Shown: positions 13,490 to 28,307 of the stretch, piece by piece
Layout of the letters: each line of letters begins with the position of its first letter
Position numbering within the stretch: the first letter of the stretch is position 1
Assembly: GCA_051362555.1 (NCBI GenBank)
Contig: CM120643.1
Coordinates: forward strand, 11,754,644 to 11,818,643
Length of the DNA: 64,000 nt
Direction: 5' to 3'
DNA from: Lingula anatina
Lineage: Eukaryota; Animalia; Brachiopoda
Made by a program: the position numbers and the translations under genes
The notes under the pieces: generated by a model
What the model saw: only the letters and a program-made list of their open reading frames with translations
Told to the model about the DNA's origin: nothing
Databases searched by the model: none

Positions 13490-16400
13490 TTTGTATCAAA
13501 ATTAAAGAGCAGAAAAATTTTGGCAAAAGATAATTTTTTAGTTTCTTTACTACCAGTGGGTGACTGTGTTCAGTATGTCAGTCACTGCAGAAGGATGTTA
13601 GATGGGGAACTTGCTATCTGAACCTAATTTGATTTCTTCCTGAATGGTATGATGATATACTAGAGGTGTGTTTATATAACAGGTCTTTCTAAACCTTAAA
13701 GTGAATTGCTATAGGTCAAACCTAAACAGTTAAAAATAGAAATGTTCATGTAGAATACTATATAGATAAAGGTGAATTCCTAAACATGGTCAGAGTTAAA
13801 TATCATGAAAAGGAAATTAAACTATTTTTACAATGAGTAAAATATATTACAGTAATAAAATGAGATGCATATTTCTATGTAGACAAACCTGTTTGTGATC
13901 AGAAAAACTTCCACCTCTTTTGCAATATGTTAAGAAGTGAATATTCATCTAAACATTTTAATTTGTAAACATTAAAATTTGTAATTTTATGGTAAACCAA
14001 AATATATTTTTTTACTTTCAAAGAAAGTTACTGAAATTGAGACTGCATTAGTTTTCATAAGCCAAAGATTTTAATTCACAGTAAAGTTGCAGAGAAAAGG
14101 AATAAAGAGAAGCCAAATGGGAAAAAATCTAATCCTACCATCAAATCCAGCCATGTCAGGCACCATTTCTTGGGGTTCCATACTCTGTTCTGCCATATCT
14201 CTGCTGTGTTTGGTGTTCCGAGGTTGTTTTAATTGTAGCTGGAAAGTTTTCTAGTTTTGAAACCACCAAATCTGTTTTAACGGAAGAAGCAGTGTTTGGG
14301 TGTATTAAATTTCAAACCCAGTGAAATGTGGTGTATCTTTTTTTTACTAAATGTGCTGTCCTTGAGGCCTGTTTACTTTCTATTTAATGACACAAATTTG
14401 AATTTGTAGAAAAAGGAACAAATTTTAGCCCGTCTGGTAGGTTTTCATAGACTGTACTGCAGGCGTTGTAAAATGTGGAACACAGTAGTGTTTCAATGAC
14501 ATCCAACTGCAACCACAGTATTTTACTTCTATTAACTGACGACTGAAAGTACCGTCTTCATAGCATTTAACTGAGCTATCTTCTCCTGTAAGTACTGTTG
14601 GGCTGGTCTTGGTCTCTCCGCAAAGACATTTCTGTAATGGTTATCCCAACTGACCACTCTGCTTCTCTTCCTGGAATGACTTTTTTTTATTCTTTTTCCT
14701 CTTCTTTTATTCCCCTTAAATGACAGTTTTTAAAGTTCAGAAAATCCTGCAGGCTCTAGCTGTTCCAAGAGGCCAATACCACTGGTGTAAAGTTAAGTAA
14801 TTTCCTGTTTCTCTCACAGCTTGAGCATATTAACACTCATATGATTCTGACATCTAAGTCAGGTTGATGAGCACCTCACTGTTGATGAGACTCCAGACTG
14901 GCCTCAGGGTGTGGCAGTGGCTGCAGCGGTGTTGGACGCAGCAGTGGTCACAGTTACCTTGAGGCTGAAAACTTTCTGATGGAATTTATGGAAAATTTCA
15001 ACCCTTTCCAAGTGCCTCGGACCTGTGGTGTTACACCTTTTTTAGATAAACTGTGATTATAACAAGATCGGCTACAGGATGCTCTCTGAGAAATGGTTTC
15101 CTCTGCGGCTTGGTCCGATAATGAATCTTGAACATGGGCAGCAGGGCTAATACCACTTGGAAGGTCCCAGGGATAGTTCAATCCAGACCTTATGTAGGTT
15201 TTCCCAGTTTCAGCTATAAATCTTGTGCATGACATTTGTATACTGAATAGATCCAGACCAGATAGTCTAATCCTTCACACTGTTCTGTAGATAATTAAAC
15301 CCCTTGACTTAATTTTTTGTTCTGATTCAATTTTTCATGGTCAAAAATCGAAGACGCTTATGTCCCCTGAGAATCTTGACACATGGAATGACAGTCCATT
15401 TTGTATGTTTGTTCCATAATTTGTTGAGCAAGTAATAATTATAGTGCTCCCAATCTTTCACTGCCGGCCCTGGGACAGCTATTAATTCTTTTCATTTTCA
15501 GAAGAAAAAACAATCGAAGAAAGGAGCGGAAGATTGGTTGTACTTCGAAACCACTTAGTGTTCATTAAAGTCTCATTTGGCTCCATGTCTTACATTTCTA
15601 ATTGAGCTATCTAAATGGTAATGCACAAGTGTCTCTCACTCCCCTTAAGAATAACTCCCTTTGCATACCAAATTAATTGAGTAATCTTACTTTTTACATT
15701 TTCTCATTGACAGCAGGGAAATTGGAAAAAAGGGGTCAAAAGTTGAGTCTCTTATCTCATTAACACGGGTCTTGTAGTTATTTCCCCACAAGATTTTACG
15801 CATGATTCATGAGGAGGAAAGGACTACATGTAACCTTATTGTTTTTTCCAGTTAACTGTAGTTAGACATATTTAAGTGGAAACTAACTTTTTCCTTATTG
15901 CCTCCACTTGTATAATAAGGAGTATGGGATAGAAACAATTGTAACCTTTCTGTATTTACCACAGCAATGCTATCATGGAAGATTTGCACTAAATAGAAAG
16001 TATAATAGATTGCAATGAAAAGTAATTGTTGAGAATCAGTAGCACTCTACAATTCCAGCTTTGTTTAATCTGATTGTTACCCTAATAACTCATCATTAGA
16101 ATACATAATTTTGGTTTTGACAACAATGCAACTCACCTTCTGGCAGAGACAGATAGAATGCTCACAGTCACATAACCAGATGACGACTAGATCTGTTCAT
16201 TGTTCAAGACTATCCTTGGTCTGTCAGTGTGAGAACAACTGTTGTATTAATGAGGTATCATTTAGCTTTATCTGTCAGGCCATGTGATTGATAAATAATC
16301 AGGAAACCATGAACAGAATAGGTTTTGGGACCAGCATCCTTCTGGGAGGGTGCACAGCTATCAGGATCTCATTTTGGTTAACCATATTTGCCAACGCAGG

Positions 16401-18476
16401 AAAGGTGCCTTCCAAAAACCTAGGGATGGAGCCTCTTAGAAACTTGGAATGGCATCTTCTAAGAGCTTAGAAAAGGTGCCTTCCAAAAACAGCTTATCTA
16501 TTCATCCAAATGGGAAATGAAATTTTGCAGACATTACACCCTTTAAGAACATTTAATTTATCATTTTGATGCAGGTCAGATAAACTGAAATTTATGAAGA
16601 AATGAAAATTTTGTAATGAACTTCTGATGGTAATGAATTAAAACAGTTTAATTTTGATATTGATTTTAATTTGTAGTATAGACAGGAACAATAGTTTATC
16701 ACTTTTTTGTCAGTAGGGCCTTGACTGCTTTGAAGAGCACCCCCTCCCCCCCACACACACCCCCCTCCCTCCATACACACCCCTCCCAACCCAACTTGCT
16801 TCTCTATTGCTTGAAGTTATATTGAAAACATTGACTGCACTATATCTCCTAGATAGAAGTTATTCACCTGGATAGCCTCGTTTCCTGATGAAGATCCTCT
16901 GATAGACATTGAACTATTGGAGTTATATTAGCTGTCAATATTAGCTTCTGATTGAAGAAAAATTACTTTATTCTTATTGACTACACTGTAGCTTTCCTGT
17001 CATTCAGGCCTCATCTTACTGTTGTTTTCAGTCCGTATGTACACCACCTCGAGCTCTGGGGTGCAGAAGTAATTCTTGATTAATACCAGTTTCAAAATGT
17101 GTCAGGTAGCTATCCATTTTATAACTCATAGCTGATAAGTATCCTACCATATTAAGTTAAATTTACCTACCAATACCACCTAATTCTCATTTGGTAAATA
17201 AATGACATTTTGATAACAATTGTCTTGACAGGAGAAACTATTTCAAGCCTCTTGAGTGTAACTATCCATATTTGATGTCAAATCATTGATCTGGAAGTCG
17301 TTCAGCATTATTTGAATTGATGGTTCAAAAAATAAAAAAAGCCAAATCATTCTGCATTTTTTATAGATTCACAATTTTGTTACATTTTATCTTGTTAAAA
17401 AAAGCTACATTTTCTCCTCCTTGTACCCATCGGTCTCAAAATTAATTGGGATTAAATTTTACTATTCTCAAGCCTGTTCTTGAATTCAGTGTTTCATCCC
17501 TCACGTATAACTGCAATTTATGTTGTTTATTTATTATTGATGGTTTTATACTCTAAATGTTATCAGGTTTATAAATTTGAGAGAGAGAGAGGGAGAGAAA
17601 GATAAGTTTTGAATTCAGTATAATTTAGAAAAACGGACCTCTATGGAATTAAGTTCATTTTTTTACTTCAGAGTTATGTTGTCTTTGAATAGCTGAAATG
17701 CTCACAGATAATAAATGGAAGTATTATCCACAGTTGTATTATTACCTGCTACATCCATACTACACGGAAAACAAACTAGGCCTACCATTGAGCCTACCAT
17801 TGAGCACCTGCACCTCGGACCTAATATAACTAATAATTTTAATTAATATAAATATGGTTTAGCATCCTTTCATGTCCTTTTTATCTCTGATAATTACAGC
17901 TTTTCCCCCATTATATCCATTACAGAGAACATTATCCAGGATTTACTTACTGCTATGATCATTAGTAGGAATGATACCAGAGAACACATACAAAATATTA
18001 ATATTTCCCGTCTCACCAAATACTCATCCATTACACACACAAGATAACAATCTGTAAAAATGTCTGACAAACATGAAATAAATATAAAAGAGTTGTCCTT
18101 AAATAAAACAACAAACTCAGGGGCCCCTTAAAGGCCAGCACAAGAGGTTATTATCATTTTATGATCCCTGGTTTGTATCAATTTACCATACAAAAATTAA
18201 GAGGCATCTGATCATGCCACATTTGGCAAGACTAAATAGTCCAACTGCAATTGATCCCTGATAAGTACACATTATTGGTGACTGGGGTCCTCGAGAGAGC
18301 CTAAAATGAAGTGCCATGAGACAGATAGGAACACATGTATATATTTTATAGAGAAAATATTATTAGATGAACCTTGGTATTGATTACCTGGCTGAGCTAT
18401 TGTGTGTATGTTAAATGCCTGGATCTAATATTGGGGGTTCTGTTATTGAAGTAAATGATAAACATTTTCCTGTCTT

Positions 18477-18697
18477 AGAGCTCATTCCTAATAAAACTAT
18501 CACTATCAGTCCAGGAAGATCGATCTAACTCTGCATGGTTTTTGGCTGACTTTCTTAGATAAGCAGTTTAATGCACCTTCTTCTGGCATTGAGAAGAAAA
18601 CAGAAAAGCTGGTGTTAATGTGATTGCATTCAGCGAGAGTCCCTGGGGAGTTGGATTGATCTAAGTAGAAAGATAGTTTCATTGGGAAGGAACCTTA
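18477..18697. mobile_element. MITE family with gggctcattccca-like ends (related copies at ~25481-25643 and ~30968-31110)
   Basis: Shared internal blocks (gattgcattcagcgagagtcc, acagaaaagctggtg, gatcgatc[t/c]aactc) and imperfect terminal inverted repeats. Confidence 0.6.
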
Positions 18698-19374
18698 AGT
18701 TTGTATTATTAGGTGGTAAATTGGCAAGAAAGTCAAAGTTGTTATGTGAGTAACATAATATTGCTCCCTGAATAGGAACATGATTGACTTATTTGTTCTG
18801 TTAAAGTGTGTTTTTGAGAGTGGAGTATGAAAAATAGGATGGAAGACATTTGTAAAATGAGGCATGATTTTTGCAGTAAGTATGTCTTTGAGAGTAACTC
18901 AGAATTATTGCTCTTAGAAAAGCAACATCATGTCATGAGTGAGCATTATGAATCAATGAATAATAACCTTAGTGAGAAGATGTAATAGATTGCAAAAATA
19001 AAGGTAGAAATATTTCTAGATAAACCTCACATATCCCCAACTTGGTTTACGTGAATGTAACACTAAAGGACCTGACATGGGTAGCTTGGTTGTGTTAGCA
19101 GTTTTCGCAAAGCATATCCAAATGCAATTGTGTCCATGAACCCCTCTGTCACAACTAACACAATCCGTGCGTGGTGTTTATGCAGAACTTGGAATCTCAT
19201 GTACTGCTGTATTGACTCCAGCAGGAAACTATAAGTGCAGCATTGCCAACTCCATGCATTAACGCTTATTCTAAATATTATATAGGATAGACCCCTATTG
19301 TTTACAAGTGTTATGCCATGGATGATAATACATTAGATACTAGATCATCCAAACAATTATGTCATGTTGATAAC

Positions 19375-19377
<3 letters not shown>

Positions 19378-19418
<41 letters not shown>

Positions 19419-19489
19419 GTGCACGTAAGTGTAAATGAAGATTTTAGTACGTGTATGGGAGAGCATGATTTTGTGCACACAGGTATATG

Positions 19490-19542
<53 letters not shown>
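19378..19542. repeat. Inverted pair of (GT)n and (CA)n microsatellites
   Basis: (GT)n at ~19378-19414 and (CA)n at ~19492-19542. Confidence 0.95.
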
Positions 19543-19544
<2 letters not shown>

Positions 19545-19557
19545 TTACCCCACCTAC

Positions 19558-19723
19558 CTCCAGCCATCAGTAACACCTGGCTCTGGACATTCTGACCACA
19601 GGCAGGCGTAGTGGCGTCCAGACACAGCATTCTGACCAGCAGGTACATTGGTGAGTCCATGTCCACTCCCAGGTGGACGGCCGGCTGGACCACGGTATAA
19701 CTGTGCCGTCTGCTCAGAAACAT
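19558..19723 (-). CDS. Putative upstream coding exon of the nested GPCR (exon 19744-19558)
   Basis: GC-rich block with acceptor ttttcttttcag (AG at 19746-19745) and donor gag|gtaggt (19557). The ATG 19723 frame ends in phase 1, which matches the GPCR acceptor at 3018 and gives ...LLMAG-E-LNITAGNMT. Confidence 0.5.
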
Positions 19724-22605
19724 TGTGGGTCAGGGAATGAGGACCTGAAAAGAAAATCATGTGAATTAATTGATTTAGACATGAAGAGAAATAATACTGT
19801 GAGTGTGTGTCTGTAATAGTATACATGTGGATGATGGCCTGAAAAGAAAATAAAGAAAATCACGTGAATGTGCGTACGTGTGTATGCATGTGAGTTTAAG
19901 TTTTATGTTGTTTTTACAATAATTATAATTCTCCAGATTTCGAGACAACAGATTGGCCATTTTGATGAAATCCCAAAAATGAAAAAATACACACTGTCAG
20001 GTCATTTTAGTACTATATATGTTCTGGCAGGCTGGACTTGCAATAAGCTTGGTTATACAGAACACTATATAAGCTTCTTTTTGGATGTCAGCAGTGGAAG
20101 AAAATGATACTGATATATTATATGTAATCACATTTTGAAGTATATAAACTAATGTATTTATAACTGGTAAATGTGTTGTGACATGATTTCTTTCACCTCT
20201 GACATATGACTTGACTTCATTGTTACAGTGTAGATTATGATGATTATGATAATTATTTTGAGTGATGGGTGGCACTGTTAAAAAAATTCATTTGAAACTT
20301 GACTTTGACTATCTTGATATTTGAATTTTTAAAAGATTGTATTGTAAACCTATTTGTTAAACATTATATATTGAGAACTGATATATTTCAATATGTCTAT
20401 AACAGTTCCCATTTCTGTACATTTATACTTATTTCATCTATCTGCCTCAGTTAATCTGTCTTTATATTGTAGATCAGATCTACACATTTACACAAGATCT
20501 GTGATGATGGCAACGTAATTTATGCCCCTTTTTTTCATATTTTTCAGTTGTTCTCCCAAGATTAGCAGTAATGGCCGCCACCAATAATCATACGACCAAT
20601 GAAACGCGTAAACGTGATGTAGCCATGCAGCTGTGGGAAGCGTACAGTGCATTGTCATGCTGCTGTATCCTTTTTTACGTACAGTAATTACTGAACAGTT
20701 TTAATTGCCTTTTTTTTCACTTATTTCACTGTTTCAGGATTTATTATAAAAGTTACTCACTTAAATGCACTTTTTGATAGGAAGCCGACATTTTTTCAAA
20801 TGTACTGATAGCTTTAATGGCATGTGAAATGTATTAATATGTATTCTTGGTTGGATTCCCAGATATGAAAGAGTGGTGGTGAAGTGAAAAATATCATTCT
20901 CCGTTCGATGTATATAATCAGTCTCTCACGCTCCTTTTTATCCCCCCCCTTTCCATGCTAGCATGTTGGAATGAAAGAGGTTAAGTTAAACAGGAAATTA
21001 TTGTCAGTTGCCAGCATAGCTTTTGTTCCATCTCCTAACTGTCACCTTCACAAGCCGTAAATGGCTGAAAAGTCAAGTAACTTCACCACTTAGAAGAGTT
21101 TTCAGCAGTAGCATACTTCCCCCCAAGGTATCTCTGTATCATTATGTTTTCTGCCCTCTGGGTTGCTCAGTAGATATAAAAATTATGAACAGGAGTGCAA
21201 GAGACAGATAGCTCAAACTTCAAACTACCTCTGGTCAGTTTTTATTTGGGTGGGTGGGTGGGGGGGGGAGGGATGGCAGGATAAATACTCTCATGCTAAT
21301 CACAACTATATTTTATCTGCTGATTTGAGGGATATTTGTTTGCTGGTTTGACCTTGTATGGCCCATATAATACATATGTAGTATGGTAACAAAATAGTCA
21401 CATGTCTATCCAGTGAAAATGTGGGATTTTGGACATATGGAAGATGGAGGAGGTCGGCTGCTGCTTTAATGTTGTCTAATGATAGAAACCATCATGCCTC
21501 CCCTCCCCCCCCCCCCTCCCTTTACACCTACTTGTAACTGACCCAATGTTAAAATCCTAACACAAGCAATAAAGATGGTACCGGGAAATTAAATTATTCA
21601 GCATTCGGCTATCTTCACATTAATTTCATCAATTACTAGCCACCAGTTGCCTTTATTAGGTTTAATAAACTACCGGACAGTAGATATTTACGGAAATGAC
21701 TTGATCTTTTCCATGAGGAAAAATTATCAATCATTTAGATACATAAATTTGAAATTAATTTTAAAAAAAATAGTTCTGTATAGCAGTCAAGTAATCAGCA
21801 GGTAGTGCAACCAGAAGTAATTATTTTCCATTCGTGAGCTCTGTTCACAACCAAGTTGAGCTATGACCAAACTGAACTGTATCTCAAATATGGCACGCAC
21901 TTGAAAGCATGCAGCATAATTCACTAACGGATTCCACTTCTCCCATGTGCACCTACTACCCCACCACGCAGGGATTACACGACATGCTTTCAAGTGGAAC
22001 ACACCATGTTTGTGTTGTAACTTAGTTAGGCCTGGCTCAACTTGGCTGTGAACAGAGCCATGGTCTCTGGTGGTTTGTTTCAATGGTTGATTTGCCAGTT
22101 CCTTTATATGAACCAGCTGAGTGCTAGTTTTCTGATGTGAGATCTTAAAAGTCTTTTATGATGTTGATTGTAATCTGACTGTACCCTGATAATAATAAGC
22201 TCTCATTAATTGCATTTTTTTAAGGTATTTGTAGTCATTGGTTTTATAAGGCAGGATAGAATGAGTATTTTTTAAGCTACGTTCACATCTTTGCTATATT
22301 TGGTTTACATTTGATAAGGTGATGCCAGGTACATTATTTCGTGTCTCAGTTTATCTGATTGTGAGCCAGACTACCGATATTGGAGCTGTTGGTGGTTATG
22401 GATTTGCTGTTTTTTCTTAATTTATCTGAAGTGTGCATTTGTATCTCCTGTCATAAGGACATACACCTTCTGCCAATTAGCTGTTAAAACCTGACCATAT
22501 CAATGTTGGCACAACTGAGGCCTTGTTGGCAAAAAAAAATGCCTTTGATGTCAAGGAAAATTTTTTAAGTGCATGTAGACAGGTGGTCTGATAATGTTTT
22601 GTTCT

Positions 22606-23087
22606 AAAAGATGTGAATGCATTAAACAGAGGCAGTTGTGTTAAAAGTTGATTCCATTGCAAAATTATCAGAAATGAAAAATCATTGTTGAATGGATTGT
22701 GATTGAGCCATTAATGAAAATGGTGTAGAAATACATTTGTTCAGTGTCTTTATGTTTTACTGGTCCATAATCTCATTATAACTTAATATGTGGAGATAAA
22801 AAGTAGAATTTCATGAAGGACAGGGCAATTTATTTTGCTTTATTTCAAAAGATGTGAATGCAGTAAATACCTGTAGATGCAATATCACAGTCCAATTGCA
22901 AAATTATCCAAAGAGAAGAATCAGCTTTGGATGTATAATTGTTAATGGACAATTCCTGTAAATAATGTAGAAATACTTTAGTTCAGTTCCTTTATCGGGT
23001 TTTACTGGTTCATAAATTTATTATAGCTGAATATGTGGAGACAAAAAGTAAAATTTCATATAAGTCCAGGCAATTTATTTTGATTTT
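22606..23087. repeat. Diverged tandem duplication, two ~240-bp units
   Basis: Blocks aaaagatgtgaatgca, gcaaaattatc, tgtagaaatac, ttttactggt, aatatgtggaga and gcaatttattttg recur ~241 bp apart. Confidence 0.8.
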
Positions 23088-23338
23088 TGGGAGAATGGTG
23101 TAATTATTTAATTTGTCTCTATGCATAGACATGATCTCTAATTATATTTGGCTTAAACGAGTGTGTCATCAGTAATGATATGTTATTTAAGAACCTTGCC
23201 TGACTGCTGAACTGATCAAACATGTATGGCTGACCCAGAAATCCAGCAAAAAATTGCAACTAAAACTTTGTTATGCACTCAAAGTAACAGTTGTTGTTTC
23301 TTGGAACAACAGCTGAAAATCATATTAGATAATGCAAC

Positions 23339-23447
23339 TCCCATATTTTAATGTCTCACTTAGGCACCTTCATCAGGGAAACACTATTACACTGACCTAC
23401 GGTCTCATTCCTTAAAGAGGTGTTGTATGAGACATTAAAATATTGGA
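23339..23447. mobile_element. Short foldback element or MITE
   Basis: atattttaatgtctca ... tgagacattaaaatat inverted repeat. Confidence 0.5.
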
Positions 23448-25247
23448 TTTGCTGTGGTAATAACTGCTAGAATTCATATATAGTGGAACTTGTTCTAACT
23501 CCACTTGTTTTCCTTCTATAAATGCTATATCTTAGCATAATTAATGATGAGTTTAAAAGGATAGAAGTTGAAATACATATTTAAAGTTAAACTCATTCGT
23601 TAAGCTCACTAGGAGAAAATGTACCTGTTATCTTCAACGTAACACTATCATTAATTACTTGCACAAAGTGCTGTCAACCAACCAACTTAATTGCAGTCAA
23701 TACAGTTCTGAAACATTTTAATTTTGAATGAGAAACAATGTTTGGTATCAAGACTAATGTTAACACTAATAATAAATTAATGCGTATACATCTCTGATTC
23801 AGAGATTCCCTGCTCAGTTATAACAGAACTGTCTGTCAGATACTGTATGTTTAAGTCATACATTTTGAAAATTGAATACTGAGTATTAGGATAAAGATCA
23901 TGGCTGCTGTATACTGTTTGTTTCTGTGCAATACTTTCATACTGCAATGATACAAAATACACCTCCTATTTAATGTAAGTGAACTATTAAGGCCAGGATA
24001 AAGAATTTGGCATAATAAAACTAATGCTCATGGTTGAAAATTGTCAAAATCCTTTTCTGATAGTTTTCAGCTTTTACCCATAAGCTTGATCACTTACCTT
24101 AGCTCTGCCTAATAGTTGCTAATCCCAGGCTAGTTGACACTAGCAGTAAATGTTGTACAGGCCCCAGTCCTGCAGATCTAAGCTAGTTTCCTTTAGTTTC
24201 CTCTTTAGTTTCCTTTAGACTGTTTATCACTGTCTGTCCTGGTCTATAATATCTATAATTTACCCAATGAATTGCTGGTAGGCTTCAAACTCTGGTGTGA
24301 ATGCGCTATCTACTGATGATGTAGAATTATTGTGATAATTTTTCTATCTGGAGTTGTGCAGAAGTCTCAGATCAATGAAGGTCTCCTCAGCAATTGTGGT
24401 GTAAATTACTTCCTGAATTGCTGATGACCAGTATTTTGCCTACCAGGAAGTAAGTAATTTGCTCTTTTTGTTCTCAGAGCTGAAGACGTCTCGGATCAAA
24501 AAAGCACGACATGAGCTGAAATGTCATTAAAAAGTGTGTTGAAGTCCCTCGGGTATATCAGTCAGTCTCTAAATGGCGTCCACTATTTCTATGTACCCTT
24601 TTTGCTCCTCCCTAAGAAGAATCATCTTGATTTTAGCCAAAGATATTGAATCCCCTGTGTAATTTGTGAAGTCCTACTCTGATTCCTCTCCAACCAGAAA
24701 TGCTGAGCTGTGTCCGTGTGGAGTAGTATGCTTAATGCTCCACTGAACTCTGCTGGCAACTACATGTGTATTCTTGCTGCAAGCTACATATGTATCTCCG
24801 GTCATGTTTCCACTCAACTTGGCCCAGCCTAACTGAGCAAGGCACATTTTAGAAGGTTTTCTTATATTTGAATATTTGATACAGTTAGTATAATTGTTAT
24901 CGCTTGGCTGGAACTTCAAACAAAAGGATAACTACACCTGTGTTTTGCTTACACATTTGCCTGTATTTTCACTGCCTTTCAAGCGAAACAACCTGTTGTT
25001 TAAATTAAAGCACCAGCCATAGGATAAGCTACAACTATATCCTCATCCACTGTATGTGGCGTACAATGGATGACCCATGTTGTAACTAGTGCTTACAGTG
25101 GTATACAGTGCTGGGTATCTTGACATGGATTGTGGGGCACTGTTTTTGGGTTATGTCTTGATTTTTTTGGCTGTTGTTGTTGATGTTACCTGCTTATGCG
25201 CCATAACTCTTAGGAGGCTTGTTTGACTGAAAGCTGGGTGAAACTTA

Positions 25248-25473
25248 GGGGCCATTCAAAGAGATCCTAGTATCAGCTGATCCAAGGATCAAATATGGTG
25301 GACCCTACATGAAAGGAAGACCACTTAATCCAGTAACAGTCTCTCCGCCTCTTACACACCTCCCCACATGTCATCCTTGCAAGGGCACAGTAATTAAATC
25401 TCGGCTCAATTCAGGTCCACCATATTTGATCCTTGGATCAGCTGATACTCGGATCTTTTATCTGAATGGCCCC
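25248..25473. mobile_element. PIF/Harbinger MITE
   Basis: ~55-bp TIRs (ggggccattca...gtatcagctgatccaaggatcaaatatggtggacc) with TTA TSD on both sides. Confidence 0.85.
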
Positions 25474-26051
25474 TTAGGCTTAGGGCTCATTCCTCTTGGT
25501 TTTGAGTAGAATACAGAAATGCTGATGATAATACCTGTGTGTTAGAAACAAGAGGAGGTGTGTTAATCTGATTGCATTCAGCGAGAGTCCGCAGAGTTGG
25601 ATCAATCTACATAAAATGATAGTAACATTGGCAGTGAGCCCTTAAAGACCAAAATTTTAGTCAACTTTGACCCAATATAAATCAGTAGTATGATCAGATG
25701 GGCCTGTGCTATAACAAGAAAGATTTACTAGCTAATGTTTTAGGGTGCATTAAGTTTGCCAGTTTACTCTTTTTGATACTCTTACAAGTAATTTTCCTTG
25801 ATCCAAATATAGATCTGTAGTTCTCTCAAGAATCTATGAATTTATAATAGCCTTACTCTAATATAAGTACATATACATGTATTTTACATTCACGTATAAA
25901 GCTTATGGCTTTCTCTTTCCCTCTTTATACAAGAGAAGCTCATGAATTTCTTTATTCCCCAATGGCTGGATGAACATTTATCTGTAATGGACCTCAGCCT
26001 GTGCGCTCTCTTCACATTGGGGCAATCCCATTGTGTGAGCTACTCATCTAA

Positions 26052-26279
26052 GACCCCATTCACACACCTAGATCAATCTAGCAAGATTGACCCGAGGAGA
26101 TTCTCGCTAAATTACATTCAGCTGAAGCGACTTGGATTTCTGGCATGCCTACTGAAGCTGCTAATAGCATCAGTAGGCGCACCAAATATTAGAGCCGCTT
26201 TTGGTAAGTGCAATTTAGCGAGAAACCCCTTGGAGATGGGTCGAACCCACTAGATCGAGCTAGGTATGTGAATGGGGTC
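26052..26279. mobile_element. PIF/Harbinger MITE (partial relative at ~37250-37370)
   Basis: TIRs gaccccattcacacacctagatcaatctag / ctagatcgagctaggtatgtgaatggggtc with TAA TSD. Confidence 0.8.
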
Positions 26280-28307
26280 TAAGTGAAGAGTCTTCACTTG
26301 AACTCTGTTTTTCTCGTCCACTTTGAGAGACTGACAACTTTATAGCCTCTTTTTTGTCTCTAAGTCATCTTAATGGGTCCCTGTGATCAACAAGACCAAT
26401 TAATTTCACTGAACAGTATGGAGCAACCTTGTAAAAGGGAGTAAATCCCCCTGAGGAGTAATGTGACATGTCAAAGTGTACTGGTCCAGACTGGGTAAAA
26501 TAAGTATACCACTTGATGTGAGAATGGCCTTAAACTCAGGGTGTCTGCCTATATCTCTGCTCACATTAAGTCGATCCCACTTTAATGACTGCTTATTCCA
26601 CAGAGCTTTTGATGTATCCCTGGGTATACGAGATAGTGTCCGTTGATCCTGTAGTCCTGTATTGGTCTAATGGCTAGGTAGAAGCTCCTGGCCATTCCAC
26701 AGAGCCTTTGATCAGGCTGAAATTGCAAGACATGCAATCTGTTTATGTAATTAAAAACTGTTGCCTTTCACCTGTATTCATTGCCCATGTGTGTACAGGC
26801 TTTTAGCCAGCAATTTCAAATGGGGAGGGGGGGGTCTTGTTCCAATTTGAGATACGGCACAAAACCTATGTTATATTTTGATTTAGAGTGGACCTTTTCG
26901 AGCCAAAAGGCAGTTCTTTCTAATCCCACAAACCTTTCCTCGCAATCCTGATATATGTGTGCACTTTTCATGTGAATGTAGTTGTCAATATCTAAAAAAA
27001 AAAAAAAAAAAAAAAAAAACTAATAGCATAAAAGGAAAAAAATGGTAAGATTTTTTGAAATAATTATTCTTTAGAATGAGGTACAAATTCATGAAAAAGA
27101 CAACAATCCGTCTTCATCACAAAGATCTCCTATAGTCACAGCTGGTTACAACCAGTCACTGCTGGAACACATTATGGATTACATGAGCAATGATATGAGT
27201 GTACACATATCACAAAATAGGACTCTTTCCTTTGTTTGTCAACATTGTATTTGCTGTACTACCAGCTGATCAGTGTCTGACAACTGTATTCTTTTTCCTA
27301 AAATTTTATTTTCAAATTTTATAGAGATGTAGCCATAATGGTTATAATATTGGATGAACCAAGTAAGAGAAATGGATAATTCAGGTTCGGTAACAATTAT
27401 ATATTATAAATGTATTTTCATCTAGTGAGTATTTCTTCCCATATTTTAATGTTTTCCTCGAGGTTGGGCATCCTCAAGACAATAATGTCTGCATGTGCTA
27501 TTAAACCTATTAATCACCTGGGAAAAAAGACACATAACTGAGTCAGGATGTAACTGAAATGTGATTTTAAGTGCTTAATTGATAATTAGCTGTTCAATAA
27601 AATCAATATGGGTGATTGATTTAAGAAGATTCCTCCGGTTCTAATCTAATTGTTGCACTAGGTGTTGCTGTTCATGTGTGTGTGTGTGTGTGCATGAATG
27701 CGAGCACAAATTCATACAATTTTATTAGCGACCATGTTATGAATTTAACACCAAACCCATGAAATAATGCCGTCCATTTTCCTCTCGTTAATTCATTTCA
27801 AAATGGAATGATTGAAAAAGGCAAATTATTCAAGAAATTTCTTTATTTAGATGTCACCAACGTTATATTAACAGACATGAATTAAGTTGTGTAGCTAGTA
27901 TAATGGAGAAAACAAATATTAGTGACCTATTTGCTATTTTTGCCTGTTTGGTTTACCTCTTTCACCAGAATCCAGCAAGGCCAGACAAAATGATCTCTAT
28001 TTCCAGTTGAGCACTGGGGAAGTTTCTCAGAAAATTTCATCTCCTTTTCCCTTTCCCTTTGGGAATGTATGTTTTTTTGCCCTGACTTCATTTTTTCTTA
28101 CAATTTTGTGCTTTTAAGTAGGAATGGCCAAAATTGTTAAAGATGTGAGAGAAAGTAAGTTAGAAAGTTCAAAATTGTACAGAATTTCGGTAAATTATCG
28201 TACACATAAAATCTTCAAGGACCACACACCCCAACAATTTCCTGGTAAACAATTGGTGTCTTTTGTCAAATGTTTGATAAACTTCATACCTTAACTTTAT
28301 ACCTCAG

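Noticed and set aside
14820-15235. GC-rich exon-like block (VDEHLTVDETPDWPQG... on +; Cys/His-rich frame on -)
   Set aside because: No RELCH or GPCR similarity recognised and no consistent splice model; left unassigned
16401-16490. 19-bp direct repeat aaaggtgccttccaaaaac (similar short repeats at ~26596/26694 and ~17780)
   Set aside because: Consistent with ordinary local duplication; no element hallmarks
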